From: Gekko japonicus
Lineage: Eukaryota
Length of the DNA stretch: 64,000 nt
Reading direction: 5' to 3'
NCBI RefSeq assembly: GCF_001447785.1
Contig: NW_015162031.1
Span: 66,075-130,074, forward strand
How positions within the stretch are numbered: the first letter of the stretch is position 1; the number at the start of each line of letters is the position of its first letter. Under the pieces are notes generated by a model that was given only the letters and a program-made list of their open reading frames with translations, ran no database searches and had not been told where the DNA came from. Shown here piece by piece: positions 23,940 through 35,833 of the stretch. Position numbers and translations under genes: made by a program.

Positions 23940-24643
23940 AGCTGATCTCCAGACTACAGAGATCAGTTCTTCTGGAGAAAATGGATGCTTTGGATGGTGG
24001 AGTCTATGGCCCATCTATGGTCCACAGAGGTCTCTGTCTTCCCTGGGCTCCATCCCCAAATCTCCAGAGGTTTCCCAAACTGGGTCTGGCAAACCTACCC
24101 CCCATCCCCCAGCAGTGGTCAGGGGGGATCTGGCCTTTTGTCCTCATCAAGATACTGCCTTTTGTCCTCAACAAGATTCAGTAAGAGGATTTCCTGGAGC
24201 TGATAAGGTGCTTAGCATAAAGATGTGAAATTTTGATGGTTGATGTGAAATTTGGGAGTGGTGATTTCTTGGCCATGGAAACTTCAGGCTCTAAGTTTTT
24301 GTGTGTGTGAGGAAGGACAATCCAGTTTCTGGAGTCATTATATGTTATCAACACCATTAATTCTTATGAAACAGACAACAAAACAGCAACCAAAGTGTAT
24401 GTAATCATCTTTTTGTTGCACTTCATTTTAATGGAGCCTACATAAATTCATGTGTTTTATCTTTTCCACTCATTGATTAGTTTCAAGTGTGTGTATATTA
24501 TAAGTATAAAATGATTATAAATATAAGGTTATGAATAATAGATTTCACTGTATTATTGGGTGACTCTACATAGACACTAAAATACATATCGACAACTGGG
24601 GTTGAAGGTAGAATTCTAGGTTGTTATCTTACATAGGAAGCCA

Positions 24644-25609
24644 TCAGTGTTTCCCATTTATTTCTTCAAAGCCCACCCAAGAAATGCAAGGGAAATTAGT
24701 CATGGCTCTGCCCAGAGCCAACTGGATGTCTTTGTTTCTCAAGCTATAGATGATGGGATTCATGACTGGGGGCAAAACTGTGTACAGAACAGCAGCCAAC
24801 AAATCCACAGTTGGAGACGACAAGGCTTTGGGCCTCATGTATGAAAATGAAACAGTGAAGAAAAACAAACAAAAGACTGTCAAGTGGGGAGTGCAGGTAG
24901 AGAAAGCTTTTTGCCTGCCCTGAGCTGACTGAATCTTGAACACAGCAGAGAAGATGTAAGCATAAGAAACAAATATGAATGTAAAGCAAAATGAGCCTAA
25001 GATAAGTATATTGGCAAGAACGAAACTCTGAGCAGTTGCTGTATCACTGCAAGATATCTTAAATAACTGAGGGATATCACAGAAATATTGTTCAATAACA
25101 TTGGACTGACAGAACTGTAATGAAAATGTGTTCACAGTATGTACCAATGAAAGGATGAAAGAGGTGACCCAAGACACAGCTGCCATTTGGAGGCAAACAT
25201 TCCAGTTCATGATCCGCTGGTATCGTAGAGGATGGCAGATGGCTGCATAGCGGTCGTAAGCCATGGCAGTGAGAAGCAACAGCTCAGAACCTGCAAACAT
25301 AATCACCAGGAAAACCTGAGCGACACATCCAGAGAATGAAATCTGCTTGCTGCCCATCAAAGAATTGACCGTGGATTTGGGAACTGTAGTTGAAATGTAG
25401 CAGGCATCAAGAATGGAAAGGTTGACCAAGAAGAAATACATGGGGCTGTGGAGGTGGTGATTCTGGGCGACAGTTGCAATCAGGAGAAAGTTTCCCATCA
25501 GGGCCACTAAATAAATGGCGAGAAAGACCACAGCATATAGAACCTGTAGTTCCTGAAGACTGGCAAATCCCAGAAGGACGAATTCTGTCACAGTTGTTTT
25601 GTTCACCAT
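24644..25609 (-). CDS. Olfactory receptor, OR14-like, 321 aa, intact
   Basis: LHSPMY, MAYDRYAAIC, KAFSTC, PVMNPIIYS. Splice acceptor at 25629-25630. Confidence 0.96.
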   Translation of the reverse strand: MVNKTTVTEFVLLGFASLQELQVLYAVVFLAIYLVALMGNFLLIATVAQNHHLHSPMYFFLVNLSILDACYISTTVPKSTVNSLMGSKQISFSGCVAQVFLVIMFAGSELLLLTAMAYDRYAAICHPLRYQRIMNWNVCLQMAAVSWVTSFILSLVHTVNTFSLQFCQSNVIEQYFCDIPQLFKISCSDTATAQSFVLANILILGSFCFTFIFVSYAYIFSAVFKIQSAQGRQKAFSTCTPHLTVFCLFFFTVSFSYMRPKALSSPTVDLLAAVLYTVLPPVMNPIIYSLRNKDIQLALGRAMTNFPCISWVGFEEINGKH

Positions 25610-28268
25610 TTGATTACTTGGACAAAGTCTGTGAAGAGGAAAGAAAATGTGCTGTCAGAATGATGATCTCAGTAGAGATAGCATTTGAGGATGTGTATGT
25701 AAGCCTTTTTCAGAAACTGAGAAAACAACGCTCCCGGAGACCCGGCGACGCCACTGGTCGCCGGGGGCTGATTTGCCACTCCGAGAAAGACGGGCAGCAA
25801 CAGAGCCTGATGCCTGGCATCAGAATGCAGGCAGGGGACGGAGCCAGCCTGAATGACTCCCATCCAAATACTAACTGAGGCCCATCCTACTTAGCTTCTG
25901 AGATCTGATGGTACTGGGCAAGCCTGGGCTATCCAATTTTTTAAAAAATGTTACATTTTGATTTACCGGATTCTCCCCAAAACCTTCTTTACTTTATTGC
26001 ATTGCTGTTTATTTCTTAAGATTTTAACAGCACAGACCTAAATAGAGTTACATCCTTCTATATCCACTGATTTTAATGGGCATAAAAGGGTATAACTCTT
26101 CTTGGGATTCCACTGTAATTTTTTTTAAAAATTAAGTTCCTATTAAAACATGTATGTAAAAACCCCTTTCACAAAAGAGAGTAAAACATATTACATAATG
26201 CCTGGAATGGATTAGTACCATAAACACTGAAGAATAATAATTATGATTTCATGATGAACCACTAATGAACCACTAATGAACCACTAATTTCATGATGAAC
26301 CACTAATGAACTGTTCCTAGGCAAATGATTTCATGATTCCCACAGAGTTCAATGGGGTTTATTTTCAGTAAGTATACATAGGTTTTCCAAATGTATCATG
26401 TGCCATACAGGACAAATTCACATAAACTTGAATGAGCATAACTATCTATTTAAACAACAATGATGATTTGCAGATAATATGTACAATGATAATTCCTTAT
26501 GCTGGAATAATTATGGTGGAATAATTGTGGTGGAATTATTATTTCAGTGAGTTACCAATACCTGAAAATGTCTTATGCCTGTAAGTCAAATTACAGTTTT
26601 CTCCTCTGTGATCCACTGCTCCAAAGACCCTCTTATTATTGCACAGTATTAGTCAAAGCCTGTTTGAACCCATCCTCATACTCTAGCATGTACAGATTGT
26701 GTATGCATCCTTTCCTGTCTTTTTCCTAGATGAATATTAGAACAGCCCTGCTGGATCAGACCAAAGGTCTATCTAGCCAGCGTCTTGTTTCCCACAGTGG
26801 CTAACCAAATGGTCCAGATCACCACAACAGGGGTACAAAGCCTCCTCTACTGCTGCTGCACACCAGCAACTGGCCTTCAGAAGAACTGCCTCCAACATGG
26901 AGAACTTATGGTGCTTTCCTCTCAACTCATATCATACAGTTGGGGGAGACAATCTGGTCTACCCACCAAAACTGGGCATCAGTATTATGGATATTTGATA
27001 AAATAAACAGGAATCTTGTCTCACCACAAAGGTTAATGCATTTTTATTCTAGCACAAGCTTTCTTGGACGAAAACCCCATTCCATCACGAAGTATTGTAA
27101 CAAACTCACACATCCGTCTCCTATGGATATTTGTTGAATTACAATTGTTCCCCCAGATTCAGCCCTGTGTTCATCACCATCCAGTTCCATCCACCTCTTG
27201 TCCCTTTTTTTCTTTCACTAAAGCTCTGCTACTCTTGAAAATTCAAAACTCAAACTGACCTGACAAACCATTTCAAAGCGGTATTATGAGATTATTCATC
27301 TCTTCCCTTTCCTTCAGATGTTCTTTTAGAGCAATAAGAGTACAGGAGATGCATTCTGCTGTACTGTTGTGGATGTTTGAAGAAAGTACTCTCAGCAATG
27401 TCATATATGTTTCTATCTGAGTCCCAAGAGATACACGTATATCAGGGTCATGGGAAATGCACGAGGAATCTGCAGGGTTTTTTTCTGCCTGTGTTATAAA
27501 TCCATGAAATTCAGTGGTGGGGGTTAACCATTTCCATACAGGCTACTTGTAAAATCACAAACATCCCTTAAGTTGCTTTATCAGACTTTGTAAATACATG
27601 GAAGCCAATTGTGGTTGTTTGGTCCCGGTGCCCCCCCCCCCCCGGCCCAATTCCGGCTCGTAGAGTGCCTGGTGGTAACTATTCTTATCAAGGTTCCTGG
27701 GACTTAAGAAATGTCCATGCTGAACTTTGAGACTGTATATACAAAAGCCTGCCATACAAGTTTGAAAATAGATGGGAAGTTTTGAAAATACTAGCCAACT
27801 TTGACACATAAAACAAATAGCCTCCAGCACCAGCTGTCATTTTTACAAGTAACAGTGCAAGTTAAACACGGCTGGGCTCAGGAGGGAAGGTCTCATGTAA
27901 AGTGGATAGCCAAGAGAAGAAGCTTCCCCCCCCCCAACTTTGCCATAACTATAAGTGTGTTAGCTTCCTTCAAAATGAAGTCAGATACCACCAGATCAGG
28001 GCTTTTTTAAAGCTAGCTCAATATGTATACTTACTTTGTGTATGCAATAAAATATGTTGAAATGATATGTTTATTTCAATAGGCTTATGGTTAAACAGAG
28101 CTTCTGCCTCAAAAAGCTACTATGAGAGTTATGCATAACCTCACTCTCTGACATTGTGTGGTTGGCTGAATATCTCACAGAAGACATTTTGTAGCTGTGC
28201 CCACCATATTCTGTTAGAATTCCAAAGACAGATTAAAGCTTCAGTGGAGGAGAACATCTCTCAGACAG

Positions 28269-28374
28269 ACCTATTACCTTACACAAATAATGGAGGAGAA
28301 CATCTCTCAGACAGATTAAAGCTTTAATCTGTTTTAGAGATGTTCTCCTCCATTATTTGTGTAAGGTAATAGGT
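28269..28374. repeat. 106-bp spacerless palindrome
   Basis: 53-bp arms centred on AAG|CTT (28321/28322), with 2 mismatches. Confidence 0.92.
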
Positions 28375-28633
28375 AAATCTGTTATCAAACTCCATGTGAA
28401 TTGGGCAGCTTTTCCAATGAAGTGCAATTTTTCATACATTATCAAACTATTGGTTAGAAGAAGACGTCTGTCGAAACGGCACTGCATTCCAGAGACTACC
28501 GTCCCGTTGACCTTCTATCTTTATGTACCTGAATTTATAACTTGAATGTATTATTATTACTTTTGTACTTTCATATTCATAACTTCACAATTTTTGTTAA
28601 AGAAATATTGAGCGCACTGTGCACAGTCTTTGC

Positions 28634-28907
28634 GGATTTATTTTTGCACTATAATTTAGACACCTATGATGAGTCCTAAATAATCCTGCTATAGAATTTA
28701 CATCTTTTCAGTACTGTCCATACTGCCACTTGGATATACTTGTTTCTGAGGCTGTAAATGATAGGATTCAGGATTTATTTTTGCACTATAATTTAGACAC
28801 CTATGATGAGTCCTAAATAATCCTGCTATAGAATTTACATCTTTTCAGTACTGTCCATACTGCCACTTGGATATACTTGTTTCTGAGGCTGTAAATGATA
28901 GGATTCA
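28634..28907. repeat. Perfect 137-bp tandem duplication of an OR 3' end
   Basis: 28634-28770 equals 28771-28907. Confidence 0.93.
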
Positions 28908-29229
28908 GCATAGGTGGCAAGACATTGTACAAAACAGCAAAAAGCAAGTCCACAGTTGGAGAAGAAAGTTCTTTTGGCCTCAAGTAGGAAAACATACCTG
29001 TAAGCATAAATAAACAGAAGACTATCAAGTGGGGAGTGCAAGTAGAGAATGCTTTGTATCTGCCTTGAACTGATGGAATTCTCAGCACAGAGGAAAAGAT
29101 GTAGCCATAGGAAACAAAGATGACCACTCGATTAGCTTCTGCATCATTGCAAGAGGTCATTTCTAGCTGAGGGATATCACAAAAAAACTGATTGATAATA
29201 TTGGACTCACAGAAGTGTAAACTGAACAA
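28813..29229 (-). pseudogene. OR pseudogene, 5'-truncated, with a TM5 deletion
   Basis: INQFFCDIPQL, KAFSTC, PMLNPIIYS. No N-terminal half, and ~19 residues are missing before IFVSY. Confidence 0.9.
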
Positions 29230-29234
29230 ACAAA

Positions 29235-29560
29235 GCCATTATTGTTTATTTTGCATTTAAATTTATACATATCAAAGCCATATTAATTATGGGTGTATTT
29301 TTTAAAGAATTCATTTTTGTATATTTACTTCCAGATTCTCTGGAGGTAGATAAAAATCCCTTAAAGCATCCAGTTCAGAATTTTTTGTTATATTGGGGTC
29401 AGTGATTGTTGTAACTCCCTCTCGGTTATAAATGTGGAAGAGTTCTAATAATGTATTGATTGTACATACTGCCAAAGTAATATCTGGTGCAAATGGAAGA
29501 TTAAGTCTCACTCCTTTTTCATCCCTTCAAAGTTCTATGAAAGTTTTTTGGTTGCAGAAG
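29235..29560 (-). mobile_element. Degraded L1-like RT fragment
   Basis: KGVRLNLPFAPDITL resembles the FADD region. It abuts the truncated OR. Confidence 0.4.
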
Positions 29561-30626
29561 AGATCTTACGAACATTTTAAAGCAAAAACCAATAACCACA
29601 ACAAACTCACAAAGCCTCTCCCAGCACCTAAGTATCAATATTTGGTGAACTTGTTACAGGGGAAATGTCTTAAGAAATAAAACAACCTTTTTTAGATATA
29701 AAAGACTCAAGAGTGGCTTGTATCCTACCTTGTCATTCAGCAATATTCGAAGCCTATTTCCAGACCAAAAAGCCTTCCTCTGACAGAAGTGGTCATTCTG
29801 CCAAGGACAAAATTTCAAAATCACTTAGGAGGTGATGCTATACATCCTCACATGAAATGTTTTCTAACCATGGCATTCTAAGCAGAGTTATACCAGTCTA
29901 AGCGCTGACTTAATGGACCCAGTGGTTTGTAGTTCTGTTTCAAACTGCACAGTAAGATGGCAAAACCTGGACCTTGGTAAGGAAGGCACTGTACACTGCC
30001 TGGACTTTCTCTCCTTCATGCCTTTATGAAATTCAGCAAAGACTCAAAAGTTCTGAAGGATCCTCATTATCATTCAAGTTGCATATGTTTTTTTTTTGGC
30101 CCCCCGAAGGGGATTTTTTAATTGATTTTCTATAAACTACAAAGAAAAATAGGAAAGAGAATCTAATATCTGTGGGAGAAAGAAAAGTTAACCACTAAAA
30201 ACCCAAGTTGTGAAGATGATTAAGTTGCATATGTTAAATACCCAACATTAGTTTCCCAATGATATTGATCCTATCCCCGCCCTTTCAACCAAAACCCCCA
30301 CTTTCTTGCAAATCTACTCAATTGCATGTAGTATCACATTGTAATTCTGTACTTGCATCTAATGTTACATCTAGGAAGATTGCTCCTTATAAAGAAACAA
30401 ACCCACACATTCAGAGATCCCATTTTACTGAGGGAAACCAGAACATTCCTTGGAAGTGCGTGTGCATGAGTGCCTTCATTCACCAACATGGATGAAAGGA
30501 AGAATTCTCCTACTGTGGGGGAATCAATACTAATTTTGTCTACCCCACTTGTATAATTTGTCCTATTAAAAAGCAGGAGGTGAATAGTTTTGAGACCTTT
30601 TTATCTGCTTGTATGGTAGTCTTTAC

Positions 30627-31231
30627 GGGGAATTTCACATTACCAGTTTTCTCCCGGTTTCAAACCGGGAGTCTTCCGTTTCCAGTTGAACCGGTACAGG
30701 ACTGCCGTTTCACACACGGCTTGCCCCTACCGGAAAGGAGCCGATTCACAAGCGGTTCGGCGTTTCACACACGCACCGCTTCGTTTTCCCGCCATTTTCT
30801 TCCCACGCGGGCGATCGTTTTTTTTTTTAAAGGTTCGGCTTATAGCGATATATCGCTATACCAGAACCTCAAATGGTCACAATAACGATCCCATTGGAAT
30901 GCGACTCCTTAGAGGTTCCGGTATAGTGATATATCGATATATCGATATAAGCCGAACGTTCAAAAAAAAAAAAAAAGCCCGCGCGGGCGAAAAAAGGCGG
31001 GAAACAAGCGTATCGGAACCGGGAGAGGGAACGGGAGACTCCTCGGAAGCGGTTGACAGGTAAATCACTTCCCTCCCGGTTCCTATACGGAAGAGAGGCT
31101 TCTGTGTCTGAAATGCCACTTAGATCCCGGTAGGGAACCGATTCCTAACCGGGTTCTGTCTGAAATGACAGACCACAACCCAGTTGAGAATCGGTTCCCT
31201 ACCGGGACATAGCGCCTGTCTGAAATTCCCC
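30627..31231. mobile_element. PIF/Harbinger-like MITE, CpG-rich and young
   Basis: TIR GGGGAATTTCA, 3-bp TSD TAC (30624-30626 and 31232-31234), internal palindromes. Empty site in the paralog at ~42630-42645. Confidence 0.9.
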
Positions 31232-32139
31232 TACATTTGCCACTTAAATGCTATTTCAAGTTCAGACACTATATACTGTACTTTAGTTCTTAAAAATAGT
31301 TCCTGAACATTGATAGTGTGTTGTTTGTTCAACAAGGATAATGCTCACCTCTGTAGCTGCTTGTCACAGATGACGAGTGTGTTTGAGCTCCAGATTGTTG
31401 TTTACTGGGGAAGCACATTATGAAGAACATAAGAAATCATTTGTGGTTTTGGTGGTCTCTCAGGGAGTTGCATCATGGAAATGCACCCTGAGGAACAATG
31501 TACCAAAATGATGTCACTGAAGAGTATTTTTTCTCTCTCTCAAATCTTTTCTGTTCTGGCTCAGAAACTTTGGTTTTAAGTACCTGCTACCTACAAGAGA
31601 GTATAATCACTCATGCATGAATGGAAGGGGTACTCTATAGTATATTTTGATGCCAGTACATATCTGGTCCTTGTGGTGGCCTCAAAAGTGGAGAAAGATG
31701 AATGGATGGCTGCAGTGCTTACCTGACTCTCAGTCTCTGTTAAGGGGGCAGGTTGTCCCCATTGACCAGGTTCCTATGCTGCTCAGTAGAACACTGGGGG
31801 CGAAATTGGGGGGACAGGTGTAACGTGATGCCATGATGTTGCTTCTGGTTGAGTACCCAGAAGTGATGTCATGGTGTCTCCCATAACTGGAGACACCGCT
31901 TTTCTAATGCTGCTGATCATAGGAAGACAGCATACGTGCAGGCAGTTTCTCTCTGTGTAGGTGATGTGTTCATAAGCTGATGATCATGCAGATGGTGGAG
32001 AGGGGTCAGTGCCCTCCTGGCTGCTCTCTCTCTCTCTGTGTGCATCAGGCAATGCATGGAGGAATCATGTGTGTACTGGGCTTCTGTGGCTAACAGAATT
32101 GAATGGAATGGAATAATGAAAGAATCTGAAACATAGCTG

Positions 32140-32476
32140 AAACTCCTGCTGATGTGATCTTGGGTCAGTCACAAGCTCTGGCACAGCTGTCCTTGAAAAA
32201 GATCAGTTTGTGTCAGAGATCTCTCAGCCCCACCCACCTCACAGGGTGTCTGTTGTGGGGAGGGGAAGGGAAAGGAGTTTGTAAGTCGCTCTGAGACTCC
32301 AAGTGAAGGGCGGGGTATAAATCCAATCTCCTCCTCCTCCTCNNNNNNNNNNNNNNNNNGAGACTCCAAGTGAAGCGCGGGGTATAAATCCAATCTCCTC
32401 CTCCTCCTCCTCCTCCTCTTCTTCTTCTTCTTCTTCTTCTTCTTCTTCTTCTTCTTCTTCTTCTTCTTCTTCTTCT
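32140..32476 (+). mobile_element. Squamate tRNA-derived SINE (Squam3-like), 5'-truncated, with a (CCT)n(CTT)n tail and a 17-N gap
   Basis: Homologous to the full-length copy at 37845-38126. Confidence 0.75.
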
Positions 32477-32617
32477 GGAAATATCACCATTAGAAACGTA
32501 CGGCTGAAAGAGATGCCATTTGAATGCTGTGTGAGGCTATGGGAATGTTCAGGAAAGGGAAAGAAAAAAATAGCGGGGAAGGGGGAAATTAACATGCAAA
32601 ATGCAAAGAGCAGGCCC

Positions 32618-32824
32618 ACTGCCTTTCAAATGGAATATCAAACTCGTACCAGTATACTGGTCCCATCTGGTTCTTAGCACCTTTTTAACGTTTAATTATT
32701 AATTGGTTTTATGACTTTTACTATTTATTGCTATTCTGTTGTTTTATCTTGTTGTTAGCCACCCTGAGCCAGCCATGGCTGGGAGGGTGGGGTATAAATA
32801 TAATAAATAAATAAAATAAATAAA
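32618..32824 (+). mobile_element. L2-like 3' end
   Basis: TGTTAGCCACCCTGAGCC...GGGTATAAAT(AAAT)n. Absent from the paralog at ~19522. Confidence 0.65.
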
Positions 32825-33082
32825 CATGGAAATACAGTGCTCTATTTTCTTAGGAAAGACAAAAACACTGGATCAGCTCCAGACAGCTTTCTACAGCCCC
32901 ATCCCATGTGGCCTTTTCCTCCATGAAGTTCCCATGATTTGTAGCCTTTTGAAGTAGTCCAAAGGAACTACTCTGCCCTTTTTCACCAGCAGAAAAGCAT
33001 TGGGGGTCCAAACCATGGCTATCACCTCTTTGGAAACAGGTACAATTCCTTTGTTGCAACAAATAACAGATTACTCCATTAC

Positions 33083-34010
33083 ATGAACTCTCTGACCTTC
33101 TAATGAATAACATCGAGTGGTGGGCAGCACCTTTAGCCATGTTTTTCTCAATTATTGACTCAACAGGATGTATCCCAGAGGACTGGAAGCAGGCAATCAT
33201 CATACCAGCCTACAAGAAAGGGAGGAGAGCCGATCCAGCCAACTATACACCCATCAGTTTACTTATTATTATAGACAAATTATACGCTGGCCATTTATTG
33301 GATAAACTGAAATGCTGGATTGATCAAGAAGATATCCTTGTTTTGGAACAGGTGGGTTTTAGGGAGGGAGTGTCCATGTTGCAACACAGTACAACTATGC
33401 AACACCTAAGAGAGAAATTTGTATCCAGTAGGTCAGTTTCGCTATATGCTGCCTTTCTTGACCTGAGATCCGCTTTCGACTCCATATCCAGGGGTCTGTT
33501 GTGGGAGAAATGGAAAGCTATGACTACTTATCTTAGACTTTTATTTTTAATACTAACCCTTCCCTTACAGTTAGATGTGACACGGCTGGGTACCTTTCCA
33601 ACCTGGTTAACTACACCTGAAACAATTAAACAGGGATGTGTTTTAGCACAAGTGTTGTGTAACCTATACATTAACGATTTGGTTAGTAACTTAAGCTCCG
33701 TTGATACCCGCCCCTCTACTATAGCTAATAGGAAAATCCCAGCTTTGCTTTTTGCCAATGATATGGTCCTATTGGCCAGAACCCCAGTGGGCTTGAACAG
33801 AGTGCTCAAGGTGTTCAGCTGTTACTGTGAGGAGATCCTTTTAAAGATTATCTATCAAAAAACTAAAATCTTATCATTCAGCAAAAGTCGGAAAAGAAGG
33901 TCTTGGAACATCGATGGCAATAAACTGGAACAAGTTTCTTATTTTAAATGCTTAGGAGTGATGATTCATTTCTTCAGGTGTGGAACTGCTCACCATGACT
34001 ATGTTGCAAC
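33083..34010 (+). mobile_element. Non-LTR retrotransposon RT fragment, degenerate
   Basis: PANYTPISLL, QVGFREG, FLDLRSAFD, KQGCVL, LLFAND (a decayed YADD). Confidence 0.9.
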
Positions 34011-34976
34011 AACATTGCACTTGTTCCAATATCTCCAATTGGCTCATTTGTTACGTACTCCCACTATCAAGAAAGAACTGATGAGACCACTGATGAAATT
34101 TGAAGTTCTGTTAAAGGAACCATGATATTCTTATAAACATCTTATCTCTATTTTATACTCACTGATATTTTTAACATGCAGAACCCTCCAGTGCTCTTTT
34201 CATCATACACTGCATATTGGCAGGACTGTACAACGGTATTTACTCCCTCCATTTGGCAATCCCTCTGGCAATCCATGCTGGTTCAATCTAAATGTATTAT
34301 TGTTAGAACACAGTCCTTTAAACTCATAACTAGGTGGTACCTCATGCCACAAAAATTGCATCATATACCATCATCTCTATCCCCCTTATGCTGGAGAGGT
34401 TGTGAGGAAATAGGTTCTTATCGACATTGTTGGTGGGATTGCAAATATATACACACATCTTGGCAAGAAATAATCCACTACATTTCTGATACCACAACAT
34501 ACAACATGCCTTTTGATCCAGAATCATTACTACTGGTTGCTTGGAAACTTAATCTTCCTCTCCCACCACACAAAGCAAACTCTTGGAAAAATAATACACA
34601 TCTCACCATCTCTGAATGGATAAAGAAACTATGTGAATTTTGCCTTATGGATAAACTTTCTGATACTATCTTTTTTAAGACTTCAGACTTTACTGATTCC
34701 AATTTTACTTCAAATTGGTTTCCCTTCTTGGTATATTTATCTGCCAAAGATGATTATGCTTCAATCTTAGATACAATAACGATGCTTTATTGAAGTGTTA
34801 TTCATACTATTTACAGTTGTTGGCTCTTCTCATGATGTATTATTTTTATTCAAACAATTGTATTCTCACTGTTCTTACTACAGCTGTTATTAATGTAATG
34901 GTTACACATATTGTTTTATATGTTATTGTATCTATTTATTGACAATAAGGTTTAATATATTTTTTTTTAAAAAAAG
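34010..34976 (+). mobile_element. L1-like LINE 3' fragment
   Basis: FKLITRWY and the zinc finger CWRGC...HCWWDC, followed by an A-rich tail. Confidence 0.8.
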
Positions 34977-35833
34977 AGGAAGAACTCTTAAGAAAGACCT
35001 GGGCATTCTGGGCATTGAGCAGATAACACCAGTTCAGCTCCAGAAGACAATGTTGCTTGGAACACCAGGAATCATGTGAAGAAAGCAGACTTGGTTGGCA
35101 GCCCCACTTTCCCTCCCACTGTAGGGATGCCAGCCTCTGAGTGGGACCTGCAGATCCCCTGGAATTACAGCTGATCTCCAGACTGCGGAGAGCAGTTCCT
35201 CAGAAGGAAATTGATGCTTTGGATGGTGTTGTATGGCATTGTGTCCCACAGAGGTCCTTGTCTTCCCGAGCTCCATCTCCAAATCTCCAGGAGTTTTCCA
35301 ACCTGGGTCTGTCAACCCTATTCACACCCCCAGTAACTTGGGAGGGGGGGACCAGGCAACTGCCTTCTACTGCCTTTTGTCCTCATCAAGATTCAGTAAG
35401 AGGATTTCCTGGAGCTGGCAAGGTTCTCAACATAAAGAACAAACCTTCCCTGTTTGGTATGAAATGTGAGAGTGGTGATTTCTTGGCCATGGAAACTTCA
35501 GGCTCTAAATATCATACTGGGGATGATCCAGTTTCCAGGGTCGTTACATGTTACTAACACCATTCTTGTGAAACAGACAACCAAACAGCAACCAAGGTGT
35601 ATGTAATCATCTTTTTGTTGAACTTGATTTTCATGGAGCCTACATTAATTTATGTGTTTTAACTTTTCCACTCATTGATTAGTCTCAAGTGTGTGTTTAT
35701 TATAAGTATAATGTTCCAAACTTACATACAATACATCTCACAGTATTCTTGGATGACTTTACATAGACATGAAAATAAATAGATAGCTGTGGTTGAAGGT
35801 AGGATTTAGATGGTTCTGTTAGATAGGAAGTCA

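Larger units (their letters stand above)
22420..24098 (+). mobile_element. ~200-bp MITE (TAGGGTTGCCA-type termini) split by nested solo LTRs
   Basis: The halves at 22420-22472 and 23940-24098 join to match the uninterrupted paralog at ~35122-35320. More copies lie at 51833-53440. Confidence 0.7.
17270..31850. repeat. Tandem segmental duplication, unit 1
   Basis: Collinear blocks: 17270-17530 with 31900-32520; 19440-19780 with 32530-33080; 22300-26230 with 34990-37385; 27530-27610 with 37390-37470; 30290-31850 with 42310-43410. Confidence 0.85.

Noticed and set aside
26250-26312. Short GAACCACTAAT repeats as a CRISPR-like array
   Set aside because: Adjacent 11-bp slippage repeats without unique spacers, in eukaryotic DNA.
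32294-32400. Tandem duplication of a SINE tail
   Set aside because: It flanks a 17-N gap, which is typical of a scaffolding overlap artefact.
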